The notes beneath the pieces were generated by a model. The model saw only the letters and a list, made by a program, of their open reading frames with translations, made no database searches and was not told the DNA's origin. From positions 4,216,001 through 4,280,000 of the forward strand of contig CATNEN010000001.1 in the NCBI GenBank assembly GCA_950097015.1: a DNA stretch of 64,000 bases, read 5' to 3'. Both the position numbers and the translations under genes were made by a program. Position 1 is the stretch's first letter; each line of letters begins with the position of its first letter. Below, piece by piece: positions 39,401 through 51,400 of the stretch. The stretch comes from Macrostomum hystrix. Taxonomy: Eukaryota > Animalia > Platyhelminthes.

Positions 39401-42400
39401 AGAGACATCGAAGTGAGATTAGAGACATCGAAGTGAGATTAGAGACATCGAAGTGAGATTAGAGACATCGAAGTGAGATTAGAGACATCGAAGTGAGATT
39501 AGAGACATCGTAGTGAGATTTGAGACATCGTAGTGAGATTAGAGACATCGAAGTGAGATTAGAGACATCGTAGTGAGATTAGAGACATCGTAGTGAGATT
39601 AGAGACATCGAAGTGAGATTAGAGACATCGAAGTGAGATTAGAGACATCGAAGTGAGATTAGAGACATCGTAGTGAGATTAGAGACATCGAAGTGAGATT
39701 AGAGACATCGAAGTGAGATTAGAGACATCGAAGTGAAATTAGAGACATCGTAGTGAGATAAGAGACATCTTTTAGTGAGATTAGACACATTGTTATGAGA
39801 TTAGACACATCGTTTTGAGATTAGACACATTGTTATGAGATTAGACACATCGTTGTGAGATTAGACACATCGTTGTGAGATTAGACACATCGTTGTGAGA
39901 TTAGAGACATCGTAGAGTGATTAGATCTATCACTGAGATTAGAGATATCATAGTTAGATTTGAGACATCGTAGCGAAATAAGACACATCGTTGTGTCAAA
40001 GAGACACAAAGCGATTAGCAGTACTTAAGTGCAATCGGAAATATTCTAGTGAGATTTGAATTCCAGATCCGGCCAGACATGGAGTGCCTACTGAGCGAGG
40101 AGCGCATCGCTCTAAGCGTATTCGCCAACGCCGAGAATGTCCTAACAGTGTCGCGTATTAGAAAACTATTCAATCGAGCCGATGCTAAATCTATTGCCAA
40201 ATTGTTAATGACAGCTGTCAATGATAATTGCACACCGATTCGGTTGCTACCCAATGCCGCTGTGCATTTGAATGGCCCAGCTAGGACAATGGGCGCTATC
40301 CTGCTTGGCTACCAGGGTATTCGATCGTTCAGCCCGCAGCCCGTTACCTCTGTACTAGACTGTGTCGGCTGTACCACCGTCCTACTTGGCCTAGTTTCCA
40401 TGGCAACCGACGCCGACTGTCTCTACGCCGCCGTTAAAGCGTTGGTTTGCGCTCTGCGCAGTAGTCGAGAAGCCCAACGCGAAATGGTGCGCACCAATGG
40501 TTTCGCATTGTTGGGCATGCTTTTGAAACGGAAGCGACCGCTATTGAATAGTCGGATACAAAGCTACGCATTCACCCTAGCGGGTCTTGGCGGTGTTGGC
40601 GTTATCGGCAGCGGCAGCGGTGGCAGGTCCGCTTCTGAAAGCGGCGGTGGCGCCGGCGGCTCTTCTACCTCTTCTGTAGCATCGTCAGTTGGCGAAGCTT
40701 GGGAGCGGAATCAGCAGGACGCGCTGCGTTATCTAGTCTGCGATCTGAGGAATTGGCGCAGTGACACCTCCGCCGAACCGGTTCGAACCCTGCTAGACGG
40801 CCTGACAGATCTAGCCAACGAATCACCGGCCGCTAAGCAGGCCATGCTGGCTCTGGATCTGGTGTTTCGGTTGTTGCACTTTCTTGTCACCGCACCGACT
40901 GCTAGCCCCGATCTGCTCGATTCCCTGAAATTATTGGTTGTCCACCTGCTGAGGCCTGTGCCTAGGTCTGCCGATCTTCTAACACTGGGCCAATTTCTCG
41001 CCGTCTCGCCGCAGTACGCTATGAGTTTCGGATTGCAGGTAAGGTGGATCGAAGCAATCAAATTCTTTCCCTTTGACTGAGATTCGAACTCCCGACCTCT
41101 CAATTGGAAACCATAACCCTTACTTGTCTTGAATACATCTGTATTTCGATAGATTGCGACTAAAACCTAACTAACTGGGATTCCAGGTAGACTAATTATA
41201 ACTAATTGGGATTCCAGATAGACTAATTATAACTAACTGGGATTCCAGGTAGACTAATTATAACTAATTGGGATTCCAGGCAGACTAATTATAACTAACT
41301 GGGATTCCAGGTAGACTAATTATAACTAATTGGGATTCCATGTAGACTAATTATAACTAATTGGGATTCCAGGAAGACTAATTATAACTAATTGGGATTC
41401 AAGGTAGACTAATTATAACTAATTGGGATTCCAGGTAGACTAATTATAACTAATTGGGATTCCAGGCAGACTAATTATAACTAATTGGGATTCCAGGTAG
41501 ACTAATTATAACTAATTGGGATTCCAGGCAGACTAATTATATCTAATTGGGATTCCAGGCAGACTAATTATAACTAATTGGGATTCCAGGCAGACTAATT
41601 ATAACTAATTGGGATTCCAGGCTGACTAATTATAACTAATTGGGATTCCAGGTAGACTAATTATAACTAACTGGGATTCCAGGCAGACTAATTATATCTA
41701 ATTGGGATTCCAGGTAGACTAATTATAACTAATTGAGATTCAAGGTAGACTAATTATAACTAATTGGGATTCCAGGTAGACTAATTATAACTAATTGGGA
41801 TTCCAGCTAGACTAATTATAACTAATTGGGATTCCAGGTAGACTAATTATAACTAATTGGGATTCCAGGAAGACTAATTATAACTAATTGAGATTCAAGG
41901 TAGACTAATTATAACTAATTGGGATTCCAGGTAGACTAATTATAAGTAATTGGGATTCCAGGTAGACTAATTATAACTAATTGGGATTCCAGGTAGACTA
42001 ATTATTACTAACTGGGATTCCAGGTAGACTATTGATATCTAATTGGGGTTCCAGGTAGACTAATTATAAGTAATTGGGATTCCAGGTAGACTAATTATAA
42101 CTAATTGGGATTCCAGGTAGACTAATTATAACTAACTGGGGTTCCAGGTAGACTATTGATATCTAATTGGGATTCCAGGTAGACTATTGATATCTAATTG
42201 GGGTTCCAGGTAGACTATTGATATCTAATTGGGATTCATGCTACAATTAATTAGAATTTTATTATCAAACTTGTTGATTTTATTAATTTATCATTATTAA
42301 CTTGCATTATAATCCTAAGCCATATTCCACTCATCCGCAGGTCATGACCCATCTAGTCAGCGGCAATCAGAAAATGTCCAACGACGTCGCTCGCATTCTC

Positions 42401-45400
42401 GGCTTCGACTGGACTTTTGTATTCCTGCAGCGCGGCCATCCTAGCGATATTGTTATCCAAGCTCTCCGCCTGCTGCTGCTGCTGCTGATGCAACCGCCGG
42501 GAGCTGTCGGCCGATTTCGCGACGGTCAATGGGCCCGCGGCTGGCTGTCTGGCGTGGCCGCTATGCGTCAGGCTCGTCACGGTCTTCTACTAGAAGGCTT
42601 CCAATCTAACAGCGGCTCCAGCGGACTGAATTCCAACAGCGGAGGCAACGGCGGCGGCTCCGGCGGCCTCTCTAGTGGCAGCAGCTTCGATCATCACCAC
42701 CACCATCATCATCATCAGAGTATGAGCAGCGCTGATTTCGCCTCCAGACCTGGCGGCAGTTTCAGTGTCCTTCGTCACCTGCTGTGCGGCCACGCTGCCA
42801 CTGGCCAGCTCTATCCGATGCTATTCTGTCTGCTATTGGGTAGGCCGCCGCCTGGCAAACTGCCAACTGCTAGCCAGTGTGTTGCCAGGGCCACTCTGCT
42901 ATCCATAGTAGAGCCGGCCTGTCAGCCGATATCGGGTGGTGGCAAACGACCCGACCTATGCCCGGAAGCTGCTCAACTATTGCTAGCCATGGTCCGCTGC
43001 CTATTGAGCATGCCGGAGTCGGAATATTCGCTGCGAGATTGCCGCGATTGGCCAGCTAGCATACTGGAGGCGCTCAACTATTTTTACATCCATCATCCGG
43101 ATGTTCCGCCTCTGGTTATGTCGCCTGAATTTGCACTGGCCCTAGCCGAATGCCTATTCCCCGCTCCGGCCTCACTAATGCCACAGGCTCAGCTGGCGTC
43201 ACAGCAGCCGCCTCTGCTGGTTGTTGAATGCTCGGTGCCTGCCGCCGCTGCAGCCGCAGCCGCTGCTGCCGCCACCGCCGCCGCCGCCGGGACTACAGAC
43301 GATGATAATTTTCGACCGTTTGCTGATTCTGACGATAGTATGGTGTTTGTTAGATCAGCTGTAACTGATAGTGCAAATCAGCAACAGCAACAGCAGCAGC
43401 AACAGTCGCCACCGCATTCTCATCTAGTCACTCACCCTTCGGTGGGTCGGGTGACCGATTTTCTGCGCTTAATTATAACAGACAGCTTCGCGTTCAGTCT
43501 GAGCTCTAGAGGTGGCAGCCAGCCACTAATTGACACCCTACTCGAAGCCTGTCCTGAGGCTAGTCCTGCCGCTAAGGAAAAATATCAGGTAAGTGCGCCT
43601 GCTAGGGATTTCACACATTTAATTGTCCCTGATATTAGACAATGCATACCTGTTTTAGTCTATAATCACACCTGTTCTAGTTTAGTATCACACCTGTTCT
43701 AGTATCGTATCACACCTGTTCTAGTATAGTATCACACCTGTTCTAGTATCGTATCACACCTGTTCTAGTATAGTATCACACCTGTTGTAGTATAGTATCA
43801 CACCTGTTCTAGTATAGTATCAAACCTGTTCTAGTATAGTATCACACCTGTTCTAGTATAGTATCACACCTGTTCTAGTATAGTATCACACCTGTTCTAG
43901 TATCGTATCACACCTGTTCTAGTCTACTATCACACCTGTTCTAGTCTACTATCACACCTGTTCTAGTCTACTATCACACCTGTTCTATAAACTTTTCACA
44001 CCTATTCAAGTAACAATATTACAGCATTTATTTTCAATTTTCAATGTGCTTCACTTGTTCAAAGTTCATCCTGTTACTGCCCGCAGTCTCTACTGCTTCA
44101 CAGCATCATTGATCACATGCTGGCCTTCGATATTCTTCGCGCCGAAGAGATGGGCTTCCCTTTGAATGCTGGCGGCTCCTACGCTTGCCTGGCTCACAAC
44201 GCCTGCTACTTTGCGGCCAGAGTTGTTGACAAACTGTGCGCCGGCCTATTCGCTAGCGACTCCGATCAGGTCTATCAGTTTGTTAGAAAACTGATTCGTC
44301 AGGCTGAGCAGAGTCCACCGCCTGGCGGATTGGATCCACTCTACACCTGCTTGAACCGGATCCTGCTCTATCAGCTATCGCGCAATATCGAAGACGAACG
44401 CGAGCATCAGGCTGTATTGGACGCCCTAAATTGTCTACTGCGGGACGCTGCCATTGTCCTATCGCCAAAGAATACTAGCGACACCTTCCCCAGCTGCTTG
44501 GCCTATTTATTGCTGACCATTGTGCGCGGCCTGCCACCTGTAGCCGACGCCTGTCAGTCTTCCAATTGGCACGTGTCCTCCTTTCACCTGCAGGGCCAGG
44601 CGCCGCCAACCTACGCGGCTGTTGTTGTAGCCGCTCACAAAGTCTGGGAGGAGCTGTATCTGCGCAGGAAAGTGGAACTACAGGAAGCCCTGCGTCAGCC
44701 GTTGAATGCGCCGGGCAGTATGACCGCTCCTCAGCTCAGCGGCCTGAACGATCTTGTCTACGTAGCTGCGAAATCTCGCTGGGTGGCCTACCGAGAGGCC
44801 GAAGGGACCTCCGTCACTGTGTACCGTCCTCTGGAGAAGATTCACCAGCAGATTCGCAGCAATCTAAGCCGGATGGGCAGCGGTATGCTGCGTCAGCTGA
44901 CCCAGACAGCCGCCAGCCAGCGACGATCGCGTAAAGACACCGGCGAGAGCGCCGGCATGGCTTCGTCTGGCGGAGGCGGCGGTGGCGGCGTCGGTGGCGG
45001 TGGCTCCAGTGGCGGAGCGGGTGGCGGCGTTAGCGATTTTCTCAGCGATCATCATCGAAGCGCTTCGGGCGCTTTTGATCCGGCCGAAGCTGTCTGTGTG
45101 CTGAAGGAGCAGCTAGCTAGTGTCAAGGAGCTGGTTGACCAGCGCTGCTCCCAGTATGAGCAGACGGCCTCCCTAGTGCAGCGCTACCTCGAAGACGAAT
45201 GGGCTGGCTTAGAGGAGGAACTAACTCGCGAGCGCGGCATCTGGGGGCCGCCACGCGGCTTCGCCACGGAGAAATGGATGCTTGACGCCACCGAGGGACC
45301 GTTGAGGATGCGCAAACGGTTGACGCCTAATCCGGCATTCTTTCAGAATTATCCATTTCGCAGCAAGAGCGACAGTCTGAGGCCAGCTCCTCGCTATCGC

Positions 45401-48400
45401 ACCCCTGTCAGCCGTGACGCCCTGCTGCACGTGTACAGCTACCGGCCGAAGCGTCTGCTAATTGATCAAACTCTGCGCCTGCCCGCTGTCCAACCTGACG
45501 AACTAACCGAAGAAGGCTTCGTAGAATTGTCTGCGGAAATCTCGGCTGAGACAACGGCCTGTATTAATACTATACGAAGGAATACTGGGGCCTCGCTGGA
45601 TGTAGACGCAGCCGCCGTAGCAGCTGCAGCCGCTGAGGATGCATTGACTTCAGCTCCCACAGCAGAGCCAGGCGAGTGTGAAGCTGCCAGTGGAAACACT
45701 GCCGGAGCTGCTGGCGGCGCCTCAGCTGCCGCCGGTCGCGATGAGGAATCGCCCATGGACAGTCACGCCGCTATTCAGCACTTGCTCAGCGGCGAGAAGA
45801 TCACCCAGATGTTCCGCTGCGCCCGTGTGCAAGGCCTTGACGTGCACGAAGGCCTTCTACTGCTTGGCAAAGACTATTTCTACGTTGTGGACGGATTCAC
45901 ACTGTTCAAAACCAAAGAGATTGTTGACATTGACGCGGTGCCGCATCACGAACCGATCATACCGTCAGCTCCGGCCGGACCGCAGACAAATCCTGTCGGT
46001 CACAAGCGAGAGCATTTCAAATTTGCCTACGAAGATTTGCGCGAAATACATCGCCGCAGGTATCTGTTGCAGCCAATCGCTCTGGAACTGTTCAGTTCCG
46101 ATGGTCGCACACTACTCCTGGTGTTCCGCAAGCGTACAATGTCCAAGGTCTATCAGAAGCTGGACCAATTGTCGCCAGCCTTGAGCGAACTGTCTCAGCA
46201 GCATCAGCGCTCAGCTGAGCAGAATGCCAGCGCTTCATTAATCACGGCACTAATGGGCGAGAAATCTTTCACGCAGCGCTGGGAGAGAGGAGAAATATCT
46301 AACTTTCAGTATTTGATTCTGCTCAATACTTTAGCCGGCAGATCCTACAATGATCTGATGCAGTATCCGATATTTCCTTGGATACTAGCTGACTATGATA
46401 GCGCCGAGTTGGACTTGGGCAATCCTGACACATTTCGCGACCTGGCCAAACCAATGGGCGCCCAGACAGAGGATCGGCTGTCTCAGTTTCACAAGCGATT
46501 CAAAGAGTGGGACGATCCCAGTGGCGAGACGCCGCCCTATCACTATGGCACTCATTACTCATCGGCTATGATTGTGTCCAGCTATCTAGTTCGCATGGAG
46601 CCATTCACTCAGCACTTTCTCAAACTGCAGGGCGGTCATTTTGATCTGGCTGACAGAATGTTTCACTCCATTCGCGAGGCCTGGCTATCCGCTTCCAAGT
46701 ACAACATGGCCGACGTGAAGGAGCTCATACCTGAGTTCTTCTATCTGCCACAGTTTCTAGTTAATCACAATCAATTCGATTTGGGCACTAAGCAGTCAGG
46801 AGTAGCTCTTAATGACGTCATCTTGCCGCCCTGGGCTAAGTGAGTAGCTGAGAACATTTTGGTGCCACAAAAAATATCAGCACATAATAATTAGTACTGA
46901 ATCACAGCTTTCCAAATTTTAATCCTCCGGATCATTTATTTTTCTAGTCTAGGCCTTTCACTCTAAAAACAGTAAAATCCCAAGATTTTTTTAATCGATC
47001 AACTTTTAACTCCCGAATGGACTTGACCTAGAACTTAATAATCCAGAGGTTGTAGCCTAGTGGTTAGGGCGTCGGTCTCACGACTTAAAGGTCGTGGGTT
47101 CGATTCCCGACTCCACTGAAACAATTTGTGTCCTTTAGCAAGACACTTAACTCTGCATTGCTTCAGTTCACCCAGCTGTTAAATGGGTACCAGTATTAGC
47201 TGGGGTAATTAAAGGTGTGTGGCGTTCCCCCAGTCCATGGACTGAACAGCTGTACAGAGTCTTCAGATGCGCCGCGCAATAGCTGCGTCTCTGCTGTCGG
47301 CTGAACATCTGGCCCGATTGGGACAGGTGTAATAAATTTCACTTGTATTATATTATTATTATTAACTAATAATCCAGAAGTGCCATAACTCCCACCCGGC
47401 AACTAATTTCGCAGGCAAGACCCGCGCGAGTTCATTCGCGCCCACCGTGAGGCCCTTGAATGCGACTACGTGAGCTCCCAGCTGCACAGCTGGATCGACC
47501 TGATCTTCGGCTACAAGCAGTTGGGCCAGAGCGCTGTTCAAGCCGTCAACGTCTTTCATCACCTATTCTACGAAGGCAACGTTGACATTGACGGCATCGA
47601 CGACGAGCTCAAACGGACCGCCGTCATCGGCTTCATCAACAACTTCGGCCAGATTCCCAAGCAACTATTTCGCAAGCCGCACCCAGCTCGACGACTAACG
47701 ATTCCTCGGGCTCCTTCCGGTGCCGTTGCTGATCCACTGCAGCCGTCGACTAGTCTGGCCGATCGCCTGTTCTATCATCACCTGGACACTCTGAGGCCGT
47801 CTATGACACCGACGAGAGAGCTCAAAGAGGCTGTGGGAGAGATCTTAGCTACTGATAGGTAAGCTTAGCAATGCTTTCGGCTAACTCAGGACCTGAACTC
47901 TTTTCCGTCTCATCTCTCCCGTGTCTTATCTCTCCCGTGTCTCATCTCTCTTCCATGTCTCATCTCTCCCGTATCTAATCTCTCCCGTGTCTCATCTCTC
48001 CCGTGTCTCATCTCTCCCGTATCTCATCTCTCCCGTGTCTCATCTCTCCGGTGTCTCATCTCTCCGGTGTCTCATCTCTCCCGTGTCTCATCTCTCCCGT
48101 GTCTCATCTTTCTTGTGTCTCATCTCTCCCGTGTCTCATCTCTCCGGTGTCTCATCTCTCCCGTGTCTCATCTCTCCCGTGTCTCATCTCTGCCGTGTCT
48201 CATCTCTCCCGTGTCTCATCTCTCCCGTCTCTTATCTCTCCCGTGTCTCATCTCTCCCGTCTCTTATCTCTCCCGTGTCTCATCTCTACCGTGTCTCATC
48301 TCTCCCGTGTCTCATCTCTCCCGTGTCTCATCTCTTCCCGGTATTATTTCTCCTGTATCTAATCTCTCCCGTGTCTCATCTCTCCCGTGTCTTATCTCTC

Positions 48401-51400
48401 CCGTGTCTCATCTCTCTTCCATGTCTCATCTCTCCCGTATCTAATCTCTCCCGTGTCTCATCTCTCCCGTGTCTCATCTCTCCCGTATCTCATCTCTCCC
48501 GTGTCTCATCTCTCCGGTGTCTCATCTCTCCGGTGTCTCATCTCTCCCGTGTCTCATCTCTCCCGTGTCTCATCTCTCCCGTGTCTCATCTCTCCCGTGT
48601 CTTATCTCTCCCGTGGCTCATCTCTCTTCCATGTCTCATCTCTCCCGTATCTCATCTCTCCGGTGTCTCATCTCTCCCGTGTCTCATCTCTCCCGTGTCT
48701 CATCTCTCCCGTGTCTCATCTCTCCCGTGTCTCATCTCTCCCGTCTCTTATCTCTCCCGTGTCTCATCTCTCCCGTCTCTTATCTCTCCCGTGTCTCATC
48801 TCTCCCGTCTCTTATCTCTCCCGTGTCTCATCTCTACCGTGTCTCATCTCTCCCGTGTCTCATCTCTCCCGTGTCTCATCTCTTCCCGGTATTATTTCTC
48901 CTGTATCTAATCTCTCCCGTGTCTCATCTCTTCCGTGTCTTATCTCTCCCGTGTCTCATCTCTCTTCCATGTCTCATCTCTCCCGTATCTAATCTCTCCC
49001 GTGTCTCATCTCTCCCGTGTCTCATCTCTCCCGTATCTCATCTCTCCCGTGTCTCATCTCTCCGGTGTCTCATCTCTCCGGTGTCTCATCTCTCCCGTGT
49101 CTCATCTCTCCCGTGTCTCATCTTTCTTGTGTCTCATCTCTCCCGTGTCTCATCTTTCTTGTGTCTCATCTCTCCCGTGTCTCATCTCTCCGGTGTCTCA
49201 TCTCTCCCGTGTCTCATCTCTCCGGTGCCTCATCTCTCCCGTGTCTCATCTCTCCCGTGTCTCATCTCTGCCGTGTCTCATCTCTCCCGTGTCTCATCTC
49301 TCCCGTGTCTCATCTCTCCCGTCTCTTATCTCTCCCGTGTCTCATCTCTGCCGTGTCTCATCTCTCCCGTGTCTCATCTCTCCCGTGTCTCATCTCTCCC
49401 GTCTCTTATCTCTCCCGTGTCTCATCTCTCCCGTCTTTTATCTCTCCCGTGTCTCATCTCTCCCGTCTCTTATCTCTCCCGTGTCTCATCTCTCCCGTGT
49501 CTCATCTCTCCCGTGTCTCATCTCTCCCGTGTCTCATCTCTTCCCGGTATTATTTCTCCTGTATCTAATCTCTCCCGTGTCTCATCTCTCCCGTGTCTTA
49601 TCTCTCCCGTGTCTCATCTCTCTTCCATGTCTCATCTCTCCCGTATCTAATCTCTCCCGTGTCTCATCTCTCCCGTATCTCATCTCTCCCGTGTCTCATC
49701 TCTCCCGTGTCTCATCTCTTCCCGGTATTATTTCTCCTGTATCTAATCTCTCCCGTGTCTCATCTCTCCCGTGTCTTATCTCTCCCGTGTCTCATCTCTC
49801 TTCCATGTCTCATCTCTCCCGTATCTAATCTCTCCCGTGTCTCATCTCTCCCGTGTCTCATCTCTCCCGTATCTCATCTCTCCCGTGTCTCATCTCTCCG
49901 GTGTCTCATCTCTCCGGTGTCTCATCTCTCCCGTGTCTCATCTCTCCCGTGTCTCATCTTTCTTGTGTCTCATCTCTCCCGTGTCTCATCTCTCCGGTGT
50001 CTCATCTCTCCCGTGTCTCATCTCTCCCGTGTCTCATCTCTGCCGTGTCTCATCTCTCCCACGTCTCATCTCTCCCGTGTCTCATCTCTCCCGTATCTTA
50101 TCTCTCCCGTGTCTCATCTCTCCCGTCTCTTATCTCTCCCGTGTCTCATCTCTCCCGTGTCTCATCTCCACCGTGTCTCATCTCTCCCGTGTCTCATCTC
50201 TTCCCGGTATCATTTCTCCTGTATCTAATCTCTCCCGTGTCTCATCTCTTCCATGTCTAATCCTTCTTGTGTCCCATCTCTCCCGTGTCTCATCTCTCTC
50301 CCGTGTAGCCTTCCTAAATTTCGAGTCCACATAGATGAATTTTGATATATTTTGTTTTCAACTCCAGATCCGTCGCAGCCCTGCCAACCAACCAGTGCTT
50401 CGTCATGCCGCAGGGTGTTCGCTACCTCAGCTGGGGCCACGCTGACAATTCTCTGCGTCTGGGCCTCGTTGACTCGGATCGCATTGTGGCCACATTTGAA
50501 GGCGTAGAATCAGTTGGCTGCATTCTCTGCGCTGTGGCACCTACTGATCGACTGTTTGTCACCGGCGGCACTAGCACAGTGGTTCGAGTCTGGCATTTGG
50601 TCTCTGGTCGTAGGCTGCGTCTGAAAGCAGCTCTGTACGGTCACACCGAGCCAGTCACGTGCCTGTGCGTGTCCATAGCCTATAGTATCATTGTTAGCGG
50701 CTCTAGAGATCGCACGGCCATTGTTTGGGATCTGTCGAGACTGTGCTTTGTGCGCCAACTCGCCGGTCATCCGGCTCCGGTGGCTGCGGTGGCTATCAAC
50801 GAGTCTTCTGGGGACATTGCTACAGCTGCTGGTGAGGCTGAGTATTCAGTCAGGGATTTTAGGGCTTAATAGTTACCTAACCTTATAGTGCACTGTTGTA
50901 GCGATTTATAAATCCTCGATTTAGATCCTATTGTCAAATTCATGATTGATTTAGATCACATTGACTAATTGATCAACGATTTAGATCCCATTGACCAATT
51001 GATCAACGATTTAGATCCAATTGACTAATTGATCAACGATTTAGATCCCATTGACCAATTGATCAATGATTTAGATCCCATTGACTAATTGATCAATGAT
51101 TTAGATCCCATTGACTAATTGATCAATTATTTAGATCCCATTGACTAATTGATCAATTATTTAGATCCCATTGACTAATTGATCAATGATTTAGATCCCA
51201 TTGACTAATTGATCAATGATTTAGATCCCATTGACTAATTGATCAATGATTTAGATCCCATTGACTAATTGATCAATGATTTAGATCCCATTGACTAATT
51301 GATCAATGATTTAGATCCCATTGACTAATTGATCAATTATTTAGATCACATTGACTAATTGATCAATGATTTAGATCCCATTGACTAATTGAACAATGAT

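Noticed and set aside
47048-47120. tRNA gene
   Set aside because: It continues into a repeated SINE body with tail and TSD, so it is a SINE head. The same applies at 19719 and 57154.
28606-50334. Long ORFs made of repeated peptides ([35 protein letters not shown]; likewise LDCQAISDT at 20370 and VADIPKDIPQ at 62226)
   Set aside because: They are translations of stop-free satellite units. Most lie inside introns whose flanking exons join in frame, and the 16- and 22-bp arrays are open in several frames.
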